A model generated the notes under the pieces. The model did not search any database. It was not told the DNA's origin and was given only the letters and a program-made list of their open reading frames with translations. A DNA stretch of 64,000 nt, taken from an uncultured Candidatus Saccharibacteria bacterium (GTDB lineage: Bacteria; Patescibacteriota; Minisyncoccia; UBA6257; WO2-44-18). A program made the position numbers and the translations under genes. Of the stretch, positions 35,910-46,227 are shown piece after piece (within the stretch, counting starts at the first letter, position 1; each line of letters starts with the position of its first letter). The DNA is taken from contig CAZWVU010000004.1 in NCBI GenBank assembly GCA_964637575.1, positions 14,788-78,787 on the forward strand, written 5' to 3'.

Positions 35910-36539
35910 ATGAACAATCTATTGAAAAAGCCGTTATTTTGGACCAACGTCGCTGCAGTAACGTTAACCGGACTGGTAATCGCCGGGGTGGCGTTCGGGT
36001 GGAACAGTCCTCTGGCGGCTCCGACGGGCGGAAGCGGGGCGATTGTGACGGACCTATCCGGTAACGTGGGAATCGGTATTGCGGCGCCAACTCAGAAGCT
36101 GGATGTCGCGGGCAATGTCAAAGGAACCGGGCTGTGCATCGGATCCGACTGCCGCGCAGCGTGGCCGACATTTTCCGGCATCACCGGCCTGGGGACGGCA
36201 AATTATCTTCCAAAGTTTACCAGCGGCAATGCAATTGGCAATTCGCAGGTATTTGATAATGGTACGAACGTTGGTATCGGTAATGCCGCTCCAACGCAGA
36301 AGCTGGACGTGACCGGTAATGCCAACATTAGTGGCACGATCCGCGGTGCCACATACGGCTTTGGCGGAATCTACGTGAACCACGTCGGCGTTGGTGGATT
36401 TACCACGTGCTCGGTGGCCAATCCGTTCACGAATGCCTGTAACTGTCCGACAGGTTTTACGGCGAAGCTTTTTTCCTATACGGGTAGCGCTTTGAACGGC
36501 AGCATTAACGATAATCCTACTTACTTTTGCTGGAAATAA
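35910..36539 (+). CDS. Exported fibre/adhesin-like protein 2
   Basis: Same N-terminus; two NVGIG..P..KLDV repeats; NPFT..C.CP.GF tip. Confidence 0.75.
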   Translation: MNNLLKKPLFWTNVAAVTLTGLVIAGVAFGWNSPLAAPTGGSGAIVTDLSGNVGIGIAAPTQKLDVAGNVKGTGLCIGSDCRAAWPTFSGITGLGTANYLPKFTSGNAIGNSQVFDNGTNVGIGNAAPTQKLDVTGNANISGTIRGATYGFGGIYVNHVGVGGFTTCSVANPFTNACNCPTGFTAKLFSYTGSALNGSINDNPTYFCWK

Positions 36540-36543
36540 TTTA

Positions 36544-37263
36544 ATGAACAATCTTTTTAAGAAACCTTTATTTTGGACCAACGTCGCCGCGGTAACCTTG
36601 ACCGGGCTGGTGATCGCCGGGGTAGCGTTCGGGTGGACCAATCCGAATGTGACGCCCGCCGGCGGCGGGGGAGCGATAACTGTTGATGCCAGTGGCAACG
36701 TGGGAATTGGCGGCCTGCCGAACGCGCTGGCCAAGCTTCGTGTGGCCGGCAACCTGCTGGTTGATAGCGGTTTTGGAATCACGCTTGGCGGAATAACCAG
36801 GACGACCTGGCCTTACGGCGGCTCGGGAGTCTTCTGTTCCACTGCGACAGGTTATCTGGATTGCTATATCGCGGGAGTGGACAAGGTCTACACCTTGACC
36901 GCCACTGCCAGTGGCGGTCCCATCACCCCATCGGTCACCTCGGTCAGCACTCCCGGCGTCATGCCGTATTCCAATATGGGTTGCAGTACTTCTACCGGAT
37001 ACCTCGACTGCTACGTTAACGCGACAGACAAGGTATACACCTTAACTGCCATTACCAGCGGCGGCCCGACCACTCCGTCAGTCACTTCTGTCAGCACCGT
37101 GGGCGTGCGACCGCTCTCCGGAAGTAAATGCACCTCCGCCACATACCTTGCGTGTTACATTACCGCCCCCGATAAAGTGTACACGTTGTCCGCTACCAGC
37201 AGCGGCGGCCCGATCACTCCGTCAGTTACTTCCGTCAGCACGGTGGGCGTGATGGTTTATTAG
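36544..37263 (+). CDS. Exported fibre/adhesin-like protein 3 with three internal repeats
   Basis: Same N-terminus; three copies of C....YL.CY....DKVYTL.A..SGGP.TPSVTSVST.GV. Confidence 0.75.
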   Translation: MNNLFKKPLFWTNVAAVTLTGLVIAGVAFGWTNPNVTPAGGGGAITVDASGNVGIGGLPNALAKLRVAGNLLVDSGFGITLGGITRTTWPYGGSGVFCSTATGYLDCYIAGVDKVYTLTATASGGPITPSVTSVSTPGVMPYSNMGCSTSTGYLDCYVNATDKVYTLTAITSGGPTTPSVTSVSTVGVRPLSGSKCTSATYLACYITAPDKVYTLSATSSGGPITPSVTSVSTVGVMVY

Positions 37264-37278
37264 GTGGGCGATCGGCAG

Positions 37279-37307
37279 TTGACTCCCGGGCTTTTATTAA
37301 TTAAAAT
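37279..37307 (+). promoter_or_regulatory. Sigma70-type promoter of grpE-dnaK
   Basis: TTGACT-17bp-TAAAAT, 9 nt before the ATG. Confidence 0.6.
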
Positions 37308-37316
37308 TTCCCTGCA

Positions 37317-37778
37317 ATGGATGAATCACCTGTAGGAGAACTCGAACAACTGAAAAAGGAACGTGACGAATACCTCAACGGCTGGAAACGCGCCAAGGCC
37401 GATCTGATAAATTATCAGAAGGAAGAAGCGGCCCGGCTGGAAGATGTTATCCGGTATGCCAAAGCGGGAATGGTAAAAGATCTGATCGCCGTGCTGGATA
37501 GTTTTGAACTCGCGCTGTCCGTAATGGAAAAAGATGGCAGGAGTGAAAAAGGAATATTTATGATAAAGGGACAGCTGGAGGAGGCGCTCAAGCGGGCGGG
37601 AGTGGAGAAGATATCCGTCGCGGTCGGCAATCCGTTCGACGCTAATTTCCAGGAAACAGTTGCCGAGAGGGAATCCGACCAGCCGGCAGGCACTATAATG
37701 GAAGTGGCGGAACAGGGATACATGCTTCAGGGTCGCGTCATTCGTCCGGCGCGGGTAATATTAAGCAAAGAAAAATAA
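37317..37778 (+). CDS. grpE: Nucleotide exchange factor GrpE
   Basis: RA.AD..NY.K and GY.L.GRVIRPARV motifs. Confidence 0.95.
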   Translation: MDESPVGELEQLKKERDEYLNGWKRAKADLINYQKEEAARLEDVIRYAKAGMVKDLIAVLDSFELALSVMEKDGRSEKGIFMIKGQLEEALKRAGVEKISVAVGNPFDANFQETVAERESDQPAGTIMEVAEQGYMLQGRVIRPARVILSKEK

Positions 37779-37790
37779 TATAATTACATC

Positions 37791-39668
37791 ATGGCAAAAA
37801 TAATCGGTATTGATCTCGGCACCACCTATTCGGAGGTCGCAGTCATGGATACGGCCGGTCCGCGCATTCTGGAAAACGCCGAAGGCATGCGGATCACGCC
37901 GTCCATGGCGGCGATCAGCAAGTCCGGCGAGCGGCTGGTCGGCCTTTTGGCGAAGCGCCAGGCGGTGACCAACCCCAAGAACACGATCTTTTCCGTGAAG
38001 CGGCTGATCGGCCGGAAATTTACCGATGCCGAGGTTCAGCGCGACAAGCAATGGCTGCCGTACGACATCCGCCAGTCCGAGAGCGGCGGCTGCGAAGTGA
38101 AAATGGGCGACCGGTGGTACAAGCCGGAGGAAATTTCGGCGATGGTGCTCGCAAAACTGAAAGCCGATGCCGAAGCGAAGCTTGGCGAGAAAGTAACGGA
38201 AGCGGTAATCACCGTGCCGGCGTATTTTGACGACAGCCAGCGCCAGGCAACCAAAAATGCCGGCGAGATCGCAGGCCTGAACGTGCGCCGCATTCTCAAC
38301 GAGCCGACCGCCGCGGCGCTCGCGTATGGTTTGAATAAACAAAAGAACGAAAAGATCGTTGTCTACGATTTCGGCGGCGGCACCTTCGACGTTTCCGTGC
38401 TGGAGGTAGGGGACGATACGGTGGAAGTGAAGGCGACCGGCGGCGACACCCATCTCGGCGGCGATGATCTGGACAAGCGGATCATTGAATATCTGGTCAA
38501 CGAATATAAAAAACTGGAGGGCGTGGACCTTTCCAAGGATGCGCTCGCGATCCAGCGTCTAAAGGAGGCCGCGGAGCGCGCCAAGCATGAGCTTTCCACC
38601 GCGTTTGAAACGGAGATCAATCTTCCCTATGTCACTTCCGACGCGTCCGGCCCCCGCCATTTCCTGATGAAACTTTCCCGGAGCAAACTGGAGGAGCTGG
38701 TCCGCGATCTGATCGACAAATCGGTGCAGATCCTTGACGCGACCATCAAAGAAGCCGGGTTCGCCACGGCGACTATCAACGAGATCGTCCTGGTCGGCGG
38801 CCAGACGCGCATGCCGGCGATGCAGGAGGCGGTCAAAAAATATTTCGGCCGCGAACCGCACAAAGATTTGAACCCCGACGAGGTAGTAGCGCTTGGCGCG
38901 GCGGTGCAGGCGGAAATTCTCGCGGCGAAAGACGAGGGCCGCAAGCCGGAGGGCGACGTGAAGGATATTCTTTTGCTCGACGTCACTCCGCTCTCCCTCG
39001 GTATTGAGACCCTGGGCGGCGTCTTCACGAAATTGATTGAGAAGAACACGACCATTCCGACCGCGAAATCACAGGTATTTTCCACCGCGGCCGACAACCA
39101 GACGTCCGTGGAAATCCATGTGTTGCAGGGAGAGCGGCCGATGTCCGCCGACAACAAAACGCTCGCCCGGTTCATTCTGGACGGCATCCCGCCGGCGGCG
39201 CGCGGCACTCCGCAGGTGGAAGTAACCTTCGATATCGACGCCAACGGTATTTTAAGTGTGTCGGCCAAGGACAAAGGCAGCGGCAAGACTCAGTCCGTGC
39301 GCATTGAAGCAAACACCAGTCTTTCCAAGGATCAGATTGAGAAGTTGAAGAACGAGGCGGCGCAGTATGCCGAACAGGACCGGCAGAAACAGTCGCTGGC
39401 GGAAGCCCGGAACAATGCCGAAAATCTCGTCTACGTCTCCGAAAAAGCGGTGAAGGACGCGGGCGACAAGATTTCCGCGGAGATAAAGGATGCCATTAAT
39501 AAAAAAATAGAAGCGCTCAAAGCGGTGAAGGACGGACAGGATGCCGGCGCGATTAAGAATGCGGCGAATGATCTTTCCTCCGAGATCCAGAAGATCGGCG
39601 CCCAGATGTACGGGAATCCTCCGGCGGGTTCGGGAAATGCCGGCGAACCGCCGAAGCAAGAACAGTAA
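37791..39668 (+). CDS. dnaK: Chaperone DnaK
   Basis: GIDLGTT, TVPAYF, NEPTAAA and DFGGGTFD motifs. Confidence 0.98.
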   Translation: MAKIIGIDLGTTYSEVAVMDTAGPRILENAEGMRITPSMAAISKSGERLVGLLAKRQAVTNPKNTIFSVKRLIGRKFTDAEVQRDKQWLPYDIRQSESGGCEVKMGDRWYKPEEISAMVLAKLKADAEAKLGEKVTEAVITVPAYFDDSQRQATKNAGEIAGLNVRRILNEPTAAALAYGLNKQKNEKIVVYDFGGGTFDVSVLEVGDDTVEVKATGGDTHLGGDDLDKRIIEYLVNEYKKLEGVDLSKDALAIQRLKEAAERAKHELSTAFETEINLPYVTSDASGPRHFLMKLSRSKLEELVRDLIDKSVQILDATIKEAGFATATINEIVLVGGQTRMPAMQEAVKKYFGREPHKDLNPDEVVALGAAVQAEILAAKDEGRKPEGDVKDILLLDVTPLSLGIETLGGVFTKLIEKNTTIPTAKSQVFSTAADNQTSVEIHVLQGERPMSADNKTLARFILDGIPPAARGTPQVEVTFDIDANGILSVSAKDKGSGKTQSVRIEANTSLSKDQIEKLKNEAAQYAEQDRQKQSLAEARNNAENLVYVSEKAVKDAGDKISAEIKDAINKKIEALKAVKDGQDAGAIKNAANDLSSEIQKIGAQMYGNPPAGSGNAGEPPKQEQ

Positions 39669-40594
39669 TGACCAGAGTTTCCAGTAAGAAAATCGCGCTG
39701 GGTATCGCCGGAGTATGCGCGGCGCTGCTTTTCGGATACTGCTTCAGCGGATTCATCGCCGCGGCGACCGCGGTGAGTTTCCTCGGCGTGTGCGCGAGCG
39801 CGGCGCTGTTTCTCTCCCTTTTCCTGATTCAGGTGATGGTGGCCGCGGACGTGAAAACCACCATGCTCTTTGTCGTGCTGGAAATCGCCGCGATAAGCGT
39901 GTTTCAGATCGGGAATTTTTCCCCGGTGCTGGGCGCCGGAATTCTCGCAGGTGCCGGATTCCTGATCATGGCCTACTACGGCGGAGTCTCAGAAATTAAA
40001 AGCCGCCTGGATATTGAATTCACGAAAACCTCCCGCGTCATTATGGGATCGGCCACGCTCGCGCTTGCCCTGTTTGCCAGCTTTGCCTACGTCAATTCAT
40101 TCGATCTGAAGAATCCCGCCGCGGCGCGGAAGAATCTTGAGGTGATCATCAAGCCCGCTGAGCCGATCGTGAGCCGGTACATCCCGAATTTTTCCACGCA
40201 GAACACGCTCCGCGAGATCGCGGCAAAAATGCTGCCCGCGAGCGAGCGCCTCTCCTCTCCCGCCGACCAGGCCAACACCATCTCGCAGATTTCCGTCAAT
40301 CTCACCGACGCGCTCGCCAAACTCACCGGGGCCAGAATTGCGCCGACGGACCGGGTTATTGATGTCGTGTACAAAGCCACCCTTGGGAAGGTCGTATCCC
40401 TGCCGCCGTTGACGCAGACAATCGTCCTGATTGCCTTCGGGGTGATCTTTTTCTTTTTTATCAAATTCATCCTGTTCTTCGTGGACTGGGCGGCCGTGGG
40501 GATAGGCTACGGCTGGTACCGGCTTCTGAAAGCCGCCGGCTTTTTTGCCATCGAGATGCAGAACGTTCCGAAGCGTGTTATAGTAATTCAATAG
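39668..40594 (+). CDS. Polytopic membrane protein of unknown function
   Basis: About 6 TM segments; TAATG-coupled to dnaK. Confidence 0.75.
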   Translation: MTRVSSKKIALGIAGVCAALLFGYCFSGFIAAATAVSFLGVCASAALFLSLFLIQVMVAADVKTTMLFVVLEIAAISVFQIGNFSPVLGAGILAGAGFLIMAYYGGVSEIKSRLDIEFTKTSRVIMGSATLALALFASFAYVNSFDLKNPAAARKNLEVIIKPAEPIVSRYIPNFSTQNTLREIAAKMLPASERLSSPADQANTISQISVNLTDALAKLTGARIAPTDRVIDVVYKATLGKVVSLPPLTQTIVLIAFGVIFFFFIKFILFFVDWAAVGIGYGWYRLLKAAGFFAIEMQNVPKRVIVIQ

Positions 40595-40601
40595 AATCTT
40601 G

Positions 40602-41684
40602 ATGAAGGACTATTACAAGATTTTGGGAGTGGAAAAAAGCGCTTCCGAGGAAGATATCAAAAAGGCCTACCGGAAGCTCGCGCACCAGTACCATCCGGAT
40701 AAATCGGGCGGCAGTACCGAGAAGTTTAAGGAAATCAGCGAGGCGTACCAGATCTTGTCGAACAAGGACAAGCGTGCCCAGTACGACCGTTTCGGCCGCG
40801 TATTCGAGGGAGGACAGCCGGGCGGGACACCGTTCGGGAACGGGTTTGAATTTGGGTTCGGATTCGATCCGAACAACCTCGATGATCTCGGGAACATCAG
40901 CGATATTTTCGAAACCTTTTTTGAAGGAATGGGAGTCAAGAAACGGAAAAGCTACCATCGCGGTTCCGACGTGGAATATATCCAAGCTATCACCCTCGAA
41001 GAAGCGTTCCGCGGCATTGAGAAAAAATTAAAGGTGAAGCTCCACATCCAGTGTGCCGCCTGCAAATCGCTCGGTTATTTTGCCGATGCGGGATTGACCG
41101 AGTGCGCGACCTGCAGCGGCCGGGGAGAAATAAAAGAGTCCCGCAGCACATTCTTCGGAAGCTTTTCCCAGGTGCGGGCGTGCCCGAAGTGCCAGGGTGT
41201 CGGCCAGATTCCCAATAAAACCTGCGGCGACTGCAAGGGCAGCGGACGCACCGCGGCGAGCAAGGAAATCGTCATCCAGATCGCGCCGGGCGTAAGCAAC
41301 GACCAGTTGATCAAACTGGTGGGCGCGGGGGAAGCGGGAGAGCGGGGAGCGGAACCGGGAGATCTTTATATCCGCGTGAAAATCGAACCGCACAAAATAT
41401 TCGAACGGCACGGCGACGACCTGCTGGTGAAAAAAGAAGTGCAGATGGTGGACGTTCTGCTGGGAACTAAAATTGAAGTGCCGACGATCGGCGGCAATGT
41501 TCTGCGGGTGGAGATTCCTTCCAATTTCAATCTGAAGGATAAATTAAGGATTCCCGGCGAGGGTATGACGAAGTTTGGCGGGTACGGCCGCGGCGATTTA
41601 TACGTCGATTGGGATGTAAAAACCCCGAAACGCGTCAGCTCCAAAGCCAAAAAGATATTGGACGACCTTAAAAAAGAATTTTAG
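40602..41684 (+). CDS. dnaJ: Chaperone DnaJ
   Basis: J domain with HPD, G/F region, four CxxCxGxG repeats. Confidence 0.96.
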   Translation: MKDYYKILGVEKSASEEDIKKAYRKLAHQYHPDKSGGSTEKFKEISEAYQILSNKDKRAQYDRFGRVFEGGQPGGTPFGNGFEFGFGFDPNNLDDLGNISDIFETFFEGMGVKKRKSYHRGSDVEYIQAITLEEAFRGIEKKLKVKLHIQCAACKSLGYFADAGLTECATCSGRGEIKESRSTFFGSFSQVRACPKCQGVGQIPNKTCGDCKGSGRTAASKEIVIQIAPGVSNDQLIKLVGAGEAGERGAEPGDLYIRVKIEPHKIFERHGDDLLVKKEVQMVDVLLGTKIEVPTIGGNVLRVEIPSNFNLKDKLRIPGEGMTKFGGYGRGDLYVDWDVKTPKRVSSKAKKILDDLKKEF

Positions 41685-41704
41685 GAATTATTCGGGTCCC
41701 TCTT

Positions 41705-41868
41705 GGGCGATTGCTTTCGGGAACCAGCGTCCGTCTGCTCCAGCGGCAGGCGGCGCTTCAGCTCTCGGCGGTTTGCTCCGCCTTCGGCGGAGACCCAGGG
41801 GCTCTCGCCCGGTAATGGGCGAGGCAAGCCAAACCGCCTCCGAGATGTTCCCGAGAAGCAATGCGCCC
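41705..41868 (+). repeat. Structured repeat family B, copy 4 (diverged, extra hairpins)
   Basis: GGGAACC..GTCCG..CTCGGCGGTTTG..CAAGCCAAACCGCCTCCG..TTCCC. Confidence 0.75.
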
Positions 41869-41892
41869 TACGATCCCGAATTATTTATAGAG

Positions 41893-42069
41893 GAGCAACC
41901 TCCTTCTTTGAGCCAGTATTTAGCGGAGGTAACAGTTACAAATTAAGGAGCCGGGACGACAGGAAAGCCGGAACTGGTGTCTTTGAGGAATTCCGGAAGG
42001 ACTTCCGGAGTCCGGGCGACTATAATTTGTCTGAACCGCAGCGTACTGGCGAGGAGAAGGAGGTTACTC
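41893..42069 (+). ncRNA. Rod-like structured RNA candidate (6S-like)
   Basis: Nested stems GAGCAACCTCCTTCT/AGAAGGAGGTTACTC, GCCAGTA/TACTGGC, GCGG/CCGC and ACAAATTA/TAATTTGT; strand uncertain. Confidence 0.45.
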
Positions 42070-42124
42070 GGAGAAGACAAACCGCGGCCGTGGAGTTGCT
42101 GAAGGTTTTTGTTATAATGAATGA

Positions 42125-42487
42125 GTGTTTAAGATCATAGTTGCGCTGGTTTCTAACTTTGCCGCGATACTGGTGACGGAATACTTTGTTACCGGCTTTC
42201 ATGTGACTCATGATCCGGTCGGCCTGGCCACGGTGGTGGTGCTTTTTGCGCTGGCGAACTCGGTAGTCCTCCCGGTCCTCCGGGTTATTCTGAAGCCGTT
42301 TATCTGGCTTACCGCCGGTATTTTGGGGGTGGTGCTCAATGGCATCCTGCTCTATGTCGTTGACAAATTATCCGATGGGCTTACAATAAATGGACTCAAG
42401 GCGCTTCTGATTTCCACGCTGATTATCGGAATGGTGAACGCGACCATTTCTTACGGAGCGAAGGTGTTCAGGACCGGCCAAGGCTAA
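42125..42487 (+). CDS. YvlD-like 4-TM membrane protein (phage holin family)
   Basis: N..V.PVL....P...LT.G....V.NG pattern. Confidence 0.8.
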   Translation: MFKIIVALVSNFAAILVTEYFVTGFHVTHDPVGLATVVVLFALANSVVLPVLRVILKPFIWLTAGILGVVLNGILLYVVDKLSDGLTINGLKALLISTLIIGMVNATISYGAKVFRTGQG

Positions 42488-42489
42488 TT

Positions 42490-42720
42490 ATGACGCATAA
42501 CCTTATTTCCATTATTCAGGCAGTCGTTTCAATTTTGATCATCGCCCTGATTCTAATGCAGGAGCGTTCTTCCGCCGGCGGTTTGGGCGGCCTTCTTGGC
42601 GGTGGCGGTGACAGCGGTTTTTACCAGACCCGCCGCGGCCTCGAAAAGTTTTTGTTTATCGCCACTATTCTTTTGATCGTGGTATTTGCCGGGCTGGCGC
42701 TGTTGAACCTGGTAGTCTAG
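42490..42720 (+). CDS. secG: Preprotein translocase subunit SecG
   Basis: ILMQ, Gly-rich loop, TRRGLEKFL. Confidence 0.92.
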   Translation: MTHNLISIIQAVVSILIIALILMQERSSAGGLGGLLGGGGDSGFYQTRRGLEKFLFIATILLIVVFAGLALLNLVV

Positions 42721-42766
42721 CGGGTTGTCCTTTGTCCGCGCGTGAGAAAACGCTATAATTAACTAC

Positions 42767-44425
42767 ATGCTTTTTAAATTTCTCCAGCTGTTAAAAAGCC
42801 TGACCAAAAAAGAGCGCTATGTATTAGCCGGCTCCGCGTTAATCTTCCTTATTTCCGGAATCTTCTTCGGTTTACGGACGTTTTATGACCAGACGGTGCC
42901 GCAGCCGGTGGAGGGCGGCAGTTATGTGGAGGGCGTGGTCGGTCAGCCGATCGCCATCAATCCGTTGATCGCGGGCGACAACGATCCGGACCGGGATCTG
43001 ATCCAGCTTCTTTTCGCGAGCCTTTCCGATATCAGCTCTTCGATTAAGTCCGACGATTCGCAAAAGGTCTGGACCGTCACTATCAAACCCGACCTCCAAT
43101 GGACCGACGGCCAGCCGCTTACCAGCGATGATGTGCTCTTTACTATCAGTGTCATTCAGGACCCGGACGCGCATTCGCCGTTTTTTGCCACCTGGCAGGG
43201 AGTAGTCGCGGAGAAAAGCACCGAGCACGAACTGAAACTCACGCTGAAAGACCCTTATGCTTTTTTTGAGGAAAATATTAAAAATCTGAAAATAGCGCCC
43301 CAGCATATTTTTGACAATATTCCGCCGCAAAATTTCCGCCTTTCCGACTACAACCTCAAGCCGGTGGGCAGCGGCCCGTATCAATTCATGGGATACACGA
43401 AGCGCCCGGACGGATTTATCGAGCAATATGAATTGCTGGCCAACCCGAAGTATGCGGCGCAAAAAGCGTACATCCGGAATTTCACTGTCCGGTTCTTCGC
43501 GAATAAAAATGACGCGATTGCCGCCTTCAATAATAAGGAAATTGACGGGGTTGGTGGACTGGAAAAGACCGATCTGGATGCGATCACTATCAATCATCAT
43601 GTTATGAATGTAAGCCGTCCCCGGTATTACGCTATCTTTCTTAATCAGAGTACCAGTCTGCCGCTCAAGGAGCAGGCGGTGCGGCTTGCGCTCAGCTACG
43701 CGACCAACCGTGACGGTCTGCTCGCCGGCGTGCTCAACGGACAGGGTTCCGTGGAAAAAGGGCCGATCCCGCCGTCGGTGGCCGGGTATGACGATTCGGT
43801 ATTTGCCGACAGCAAGTTTGATCTGGCACTTGCCTCCACCACGCTCGACAAAGCCGGCTGGAAGATCGATGCGGACGGTATCCGTTTCAAAATGATCCAA
43901 AAAAATAAAATAAAACTGGAATTCGACCTGATTGTTCCCGAAGTCCGTTTTCTTGTGGATACCGCGAAACAGCTCCAGCAGGACTGGCATACGGCCGGCA
44001 TCAGCCTGAACCCCGTCGTGGTAAAGCCTTCGGACGTCATCACCAGCGCCATCAAGCCCCGTAATTACCAGATGGTGCTGTTCGGCAATACGCTCAACAG
44101 CAATCCCGATATTTTTTCCTTCTGGCATTCTTCCCAGCGTTTCGATCCCGGACTGAACCTTTCCCTCTTCAGCGATAAAACAGTTGACGGACTTCTGGAA
44201 TCGGTCCGGCAGGATACCAAGGAGGACAGTCGCGATCAGTCCCTTTCCAAAATCCAGAAGCTGATCAACGATCAGAAACCGGCGGTCTTTCTCTATTCGC
44301 CGGATTATCTGTACGTTACTTCCAAGAATCTTGGCGGTTTTGCCGCCACGTCCATCGCCATTTCCGCGAACCGTTTTGACGGTGTCGCCGGATGGTACCT
44401 CAAGACTGCCCGCGTATTTAAGTAA
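42767..44425 (+). CDS. ABC peptide/nickel-type substrate-binding protein (family 5)
   Basis: WTDGQPLTSDDVLFT, PVGSGPY and VRLAL motifs. Confidence 0.9.
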   Translation: MLFKFLQLLKSLTKKERYVLAGSALIFLISGIFFGLRTFYDQTVPQPVEGGSYVEGVVGQPIAINPLIAGDNDPDRDLIQLLFASLSDISSSIKSDDSQKVWTVTIKPDLQWTDGQPLTSDDVLFTISVIQDPDAHSPFFATWQGVVAEKSTEHELKLTLKDPYAFFEENIKNLKIAPQHIFDNIPPQNFRLSDYNLKPVGSGPYQFMGYTKRPDGFIEQYELLANPKYAAQKAYIRNFTVRFFANKNDAIAAFNNKEIDGVGGLEKTDLDAITINHHVMNVSRPRYYAIFLNQSTSLPLKEQAVRLALSYATNRDGLLAGVLNGQGSVEKGPIPPSVAGYDDSVFADSKFDLALASTTLDKAGWKIDADGIRFKMIQKNKIKLEFDLIVPEVRFLVDTAKQLQQDWHTAGISLNPVVVKPSDVITSAIKPRNYQMVLFGNTLNSNPDIFSFWHSSQRFDPGLNLSLFSDKTVDGLLESVRQDTKEDSRDQSLSKIQKLINDQKPAVFLYSPDYLYVTSKNLGGFAATSIAISANRFDGVAGWYLKTARVFK

Positions 44426-44486
44426 GCTTGCCGGCCGGCCGGTAGTGTGATATTTTCCCCGTAGAACATTACAGAGAGGAGTAACG

Positions 44487-44840
44487 ATGGCAATCACCCT
44501 GTTTTCGGGAGTGCTCTGCGTGTATCTGGTCGCACTGGTTATCCTGATGGTGGTTCTGAATCATGCCCTGAACCGCGAAGTGCCACCGGCGGAAACGATC
44601 GCGGTCACGCTTCCCACGCGGCACTTCCGCGTCGCATTTCACGCCTTTTCCAACGGCCACGTAGAGGCGGTGTTTGTCGAGGCAGCCGCCAAAGAAGACG
44701 CGGTTCAGGCGGTCCAGTTAGTATTGGGAGATGCAGCTAAAAACTATTCTGACTTTTCTGCGGTTGAGATCTGCCGCCACTGCCACAATATGCTCGAAAA
44801 AGAAGAGATCCATCCCAGCCCCCGTGCTTCGGAAGTATAA
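44487..44840 (+). CDS. Hypothetical protein with N-terminal TM
   Basis: GAGGAG Shine-Dalgarno site; CxxC near the C-terminus. Confidence 0.6.
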   Translation: MAITLFSGVLCVYLVALVILMVVLNHALNREVPPAETIAVTLPTRHFRVAFHAFSNGHVEAVFVEAAAKEDAVQAVQLVLGDAAKNYSDFSAVEICRHCHNMLEKEEIHPSPRASEV

Positions 44841-44872
44841 AACGGCCCGTCCCGCATCCAACGCGGGACTTT

Positions 44873-46120
44873 TTATTCCGCGGGAATAAACGCGCGGTTG
44901 CGGACCTGGCGGTGATAGCGGATGACGAAATTATGCGTCTGATAAATGGCGCGCTCGATCACTTCCTGCAGTTCTTTTGGAAGTTCGAGGAATGGCGTGG
45001 AGATATCGTTCGGCCGGAGTCCGTAGACCAGTTTGTGCGGTTTCGCGAATGAGATCAGGCGCACTTTTTTCGCTTCGGAAAAGCCGTCCAGCATTTTTTT
45101 GGCGGCCCGATATTGCGTAATGCCGCCGTCGATGATAATCAGGTCCGGATACGGCCATTCGGGATGATTCAGGCGGCGGGCGATCAACTCGCCGATCATG
45201 CGCGGATCATCGCGGGTCGGCGTCCAGCGGATGCGGAACTTCCGGTATCGATTCTTATCCGATTCCCAGCCGGTTTCCGTTTTGACGAGCGCGGTCATTG
45301 CGCCTACTGCCTCCTTCCCCGCGAAGTTCGAATTATCGTAGCACTCCACCCGCATGCCTGCCGGCAGCTGTTCGGCGGTGTATGCGGTAGGGACAAGCGC
45401 ATAGTTTTTCCGTTCCAGAGTTTCCGTATAGACATACGGTTTATGGGCGAAGATGGATTCCAGCGCCATCCGCTGATCCTTGTCCTGTATCGAGTTCAGT
45501 AATTTCTGGCTCTGGCCCTTCAGAATCATTTTGATCCTCCGGATTACGTTCCGGTATTCGCTGATCTTCGCAGCGTCATCGGAGAAATTTTTATTGCAGC
45601 AAAAACCGGCGCATTTTCCGATTTGCGCGTTGAGGCAGTCGCGGAGATGTTTTATGGCGCAGCTGCAGTAGGGGAGCTGGCGCCGGATCAGTTTCATTGC
45701 CGTGTACAGCGCGCCGCTGTCCGTGAAGGGCCCGATCATTTCCCGTTTCATTTTCATATCTTTCACCTTCGGTTTCTTGTGCCCAATAAAGACCCGCGGG
45801 TAATTCTCCTTGGTGAATGACACATATAAATAGCTTGTATCATCCCGGAGAACGACGTTGTAGCGCGGCCGCAGAGATTTGATCAGCTTTGCTTCCTCGA
45901 TTAGCGCTTCGATGTCCGAGCGGAGCGGAATATATTCGAGCCGGTCAGCCTCTTCGTGGAGCGACTGCGTCTTGATATCGGTGATCTTCAGATACGACTT
46001 CAGTCGCGCACGCAAATCCACCGCTTTGCCGACGTACAATACTTTTTCGCCGTTGCGGAATATGTACACGCCCGGTTCTTTCGGCGCCGTTTTTATTTTT
46101 TGGATCAGGTCCGCATTCAT
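44873..46120 (-). CDS. uvrC: UvrC-like excinuclease (short)
   Basis: PGVY..YVGKA GIY-YIG domain, Cys cluster, RVECYDNS, PDLIIIDGG; no C-terminal HhH. Confidence 0.85.
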   Translation of the reverse strand: MNADLIQKIKTAPKEPGVYIFRNGEKVLYVGKAVDLRARLKSYLKITDIKTQSLHEEADRLEYIPLRSDIEALIEEAKLIKSLRPRYNVVLRDDTSYLYVSFTKENYPRVFIGHKKPKVKDMKMKREMIGPFTDSGALYTAMKLIRRQLPYCSCAIKHLRDCLNAQIGKCAGFCCNKNFSDDAAKISEYRNVIRRIKMILKGQSQKLLNSIQDKDQRMALESIFAHKPYVYTETLERKNYALVPTAYTAEQLPAGMRVECYDNSNFAGKEAVGAMTALVKTETGWESDKNRYRKFRIRWTPTRDDPRMIGELIARRLNHPEWPYPDLIIIDGGITQYRAAKKMLDGFSEAKKVRLISFAKPHKLVYGLRPNDISTPFLELPKELQEVIERAIYQTHNFVIRYHRQVRNRAFIPAE

Positions 46121-46227
46121 GCGCCAATAGTATATTGCACGAACGGGTAATTCGCAAGGAAAGGCGGCTTCCTCGGAAAAATTACTGTGAATACGATATA
46201 AGATTGAAGTGTATTATACTGTATTGT

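Noticed and set aside
35232-37263. Shufflon
   Set aside because: All three genes are complete and on one strand, with no inverted sfx-like sites or adjacent recombinase
41703-42140. 145-aa ORF in the track
   Set aside because: It overlies family B copy 4 and the rod-like hairpin, and has no protein-like features
42125-42487. Holin as evidence of a prophage
   Set aside because: YvlD-like housekeeping membrane protein next to secG, with no phage structural genes
42872-44497. 541-aa minus-strand ORF and similar long antisense ORFs (e.g. 11107-12141, 33375-34325, 7939-8874)
   Set aside because: Shadow frames of well-supported genes in GC-rich coding DNA
44873-46120. uvrC as a pseudogene, or as mobiliser of the TIR element
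   Set aside because: The frame is intact with both nuclease domains, and it has no flanking repeats
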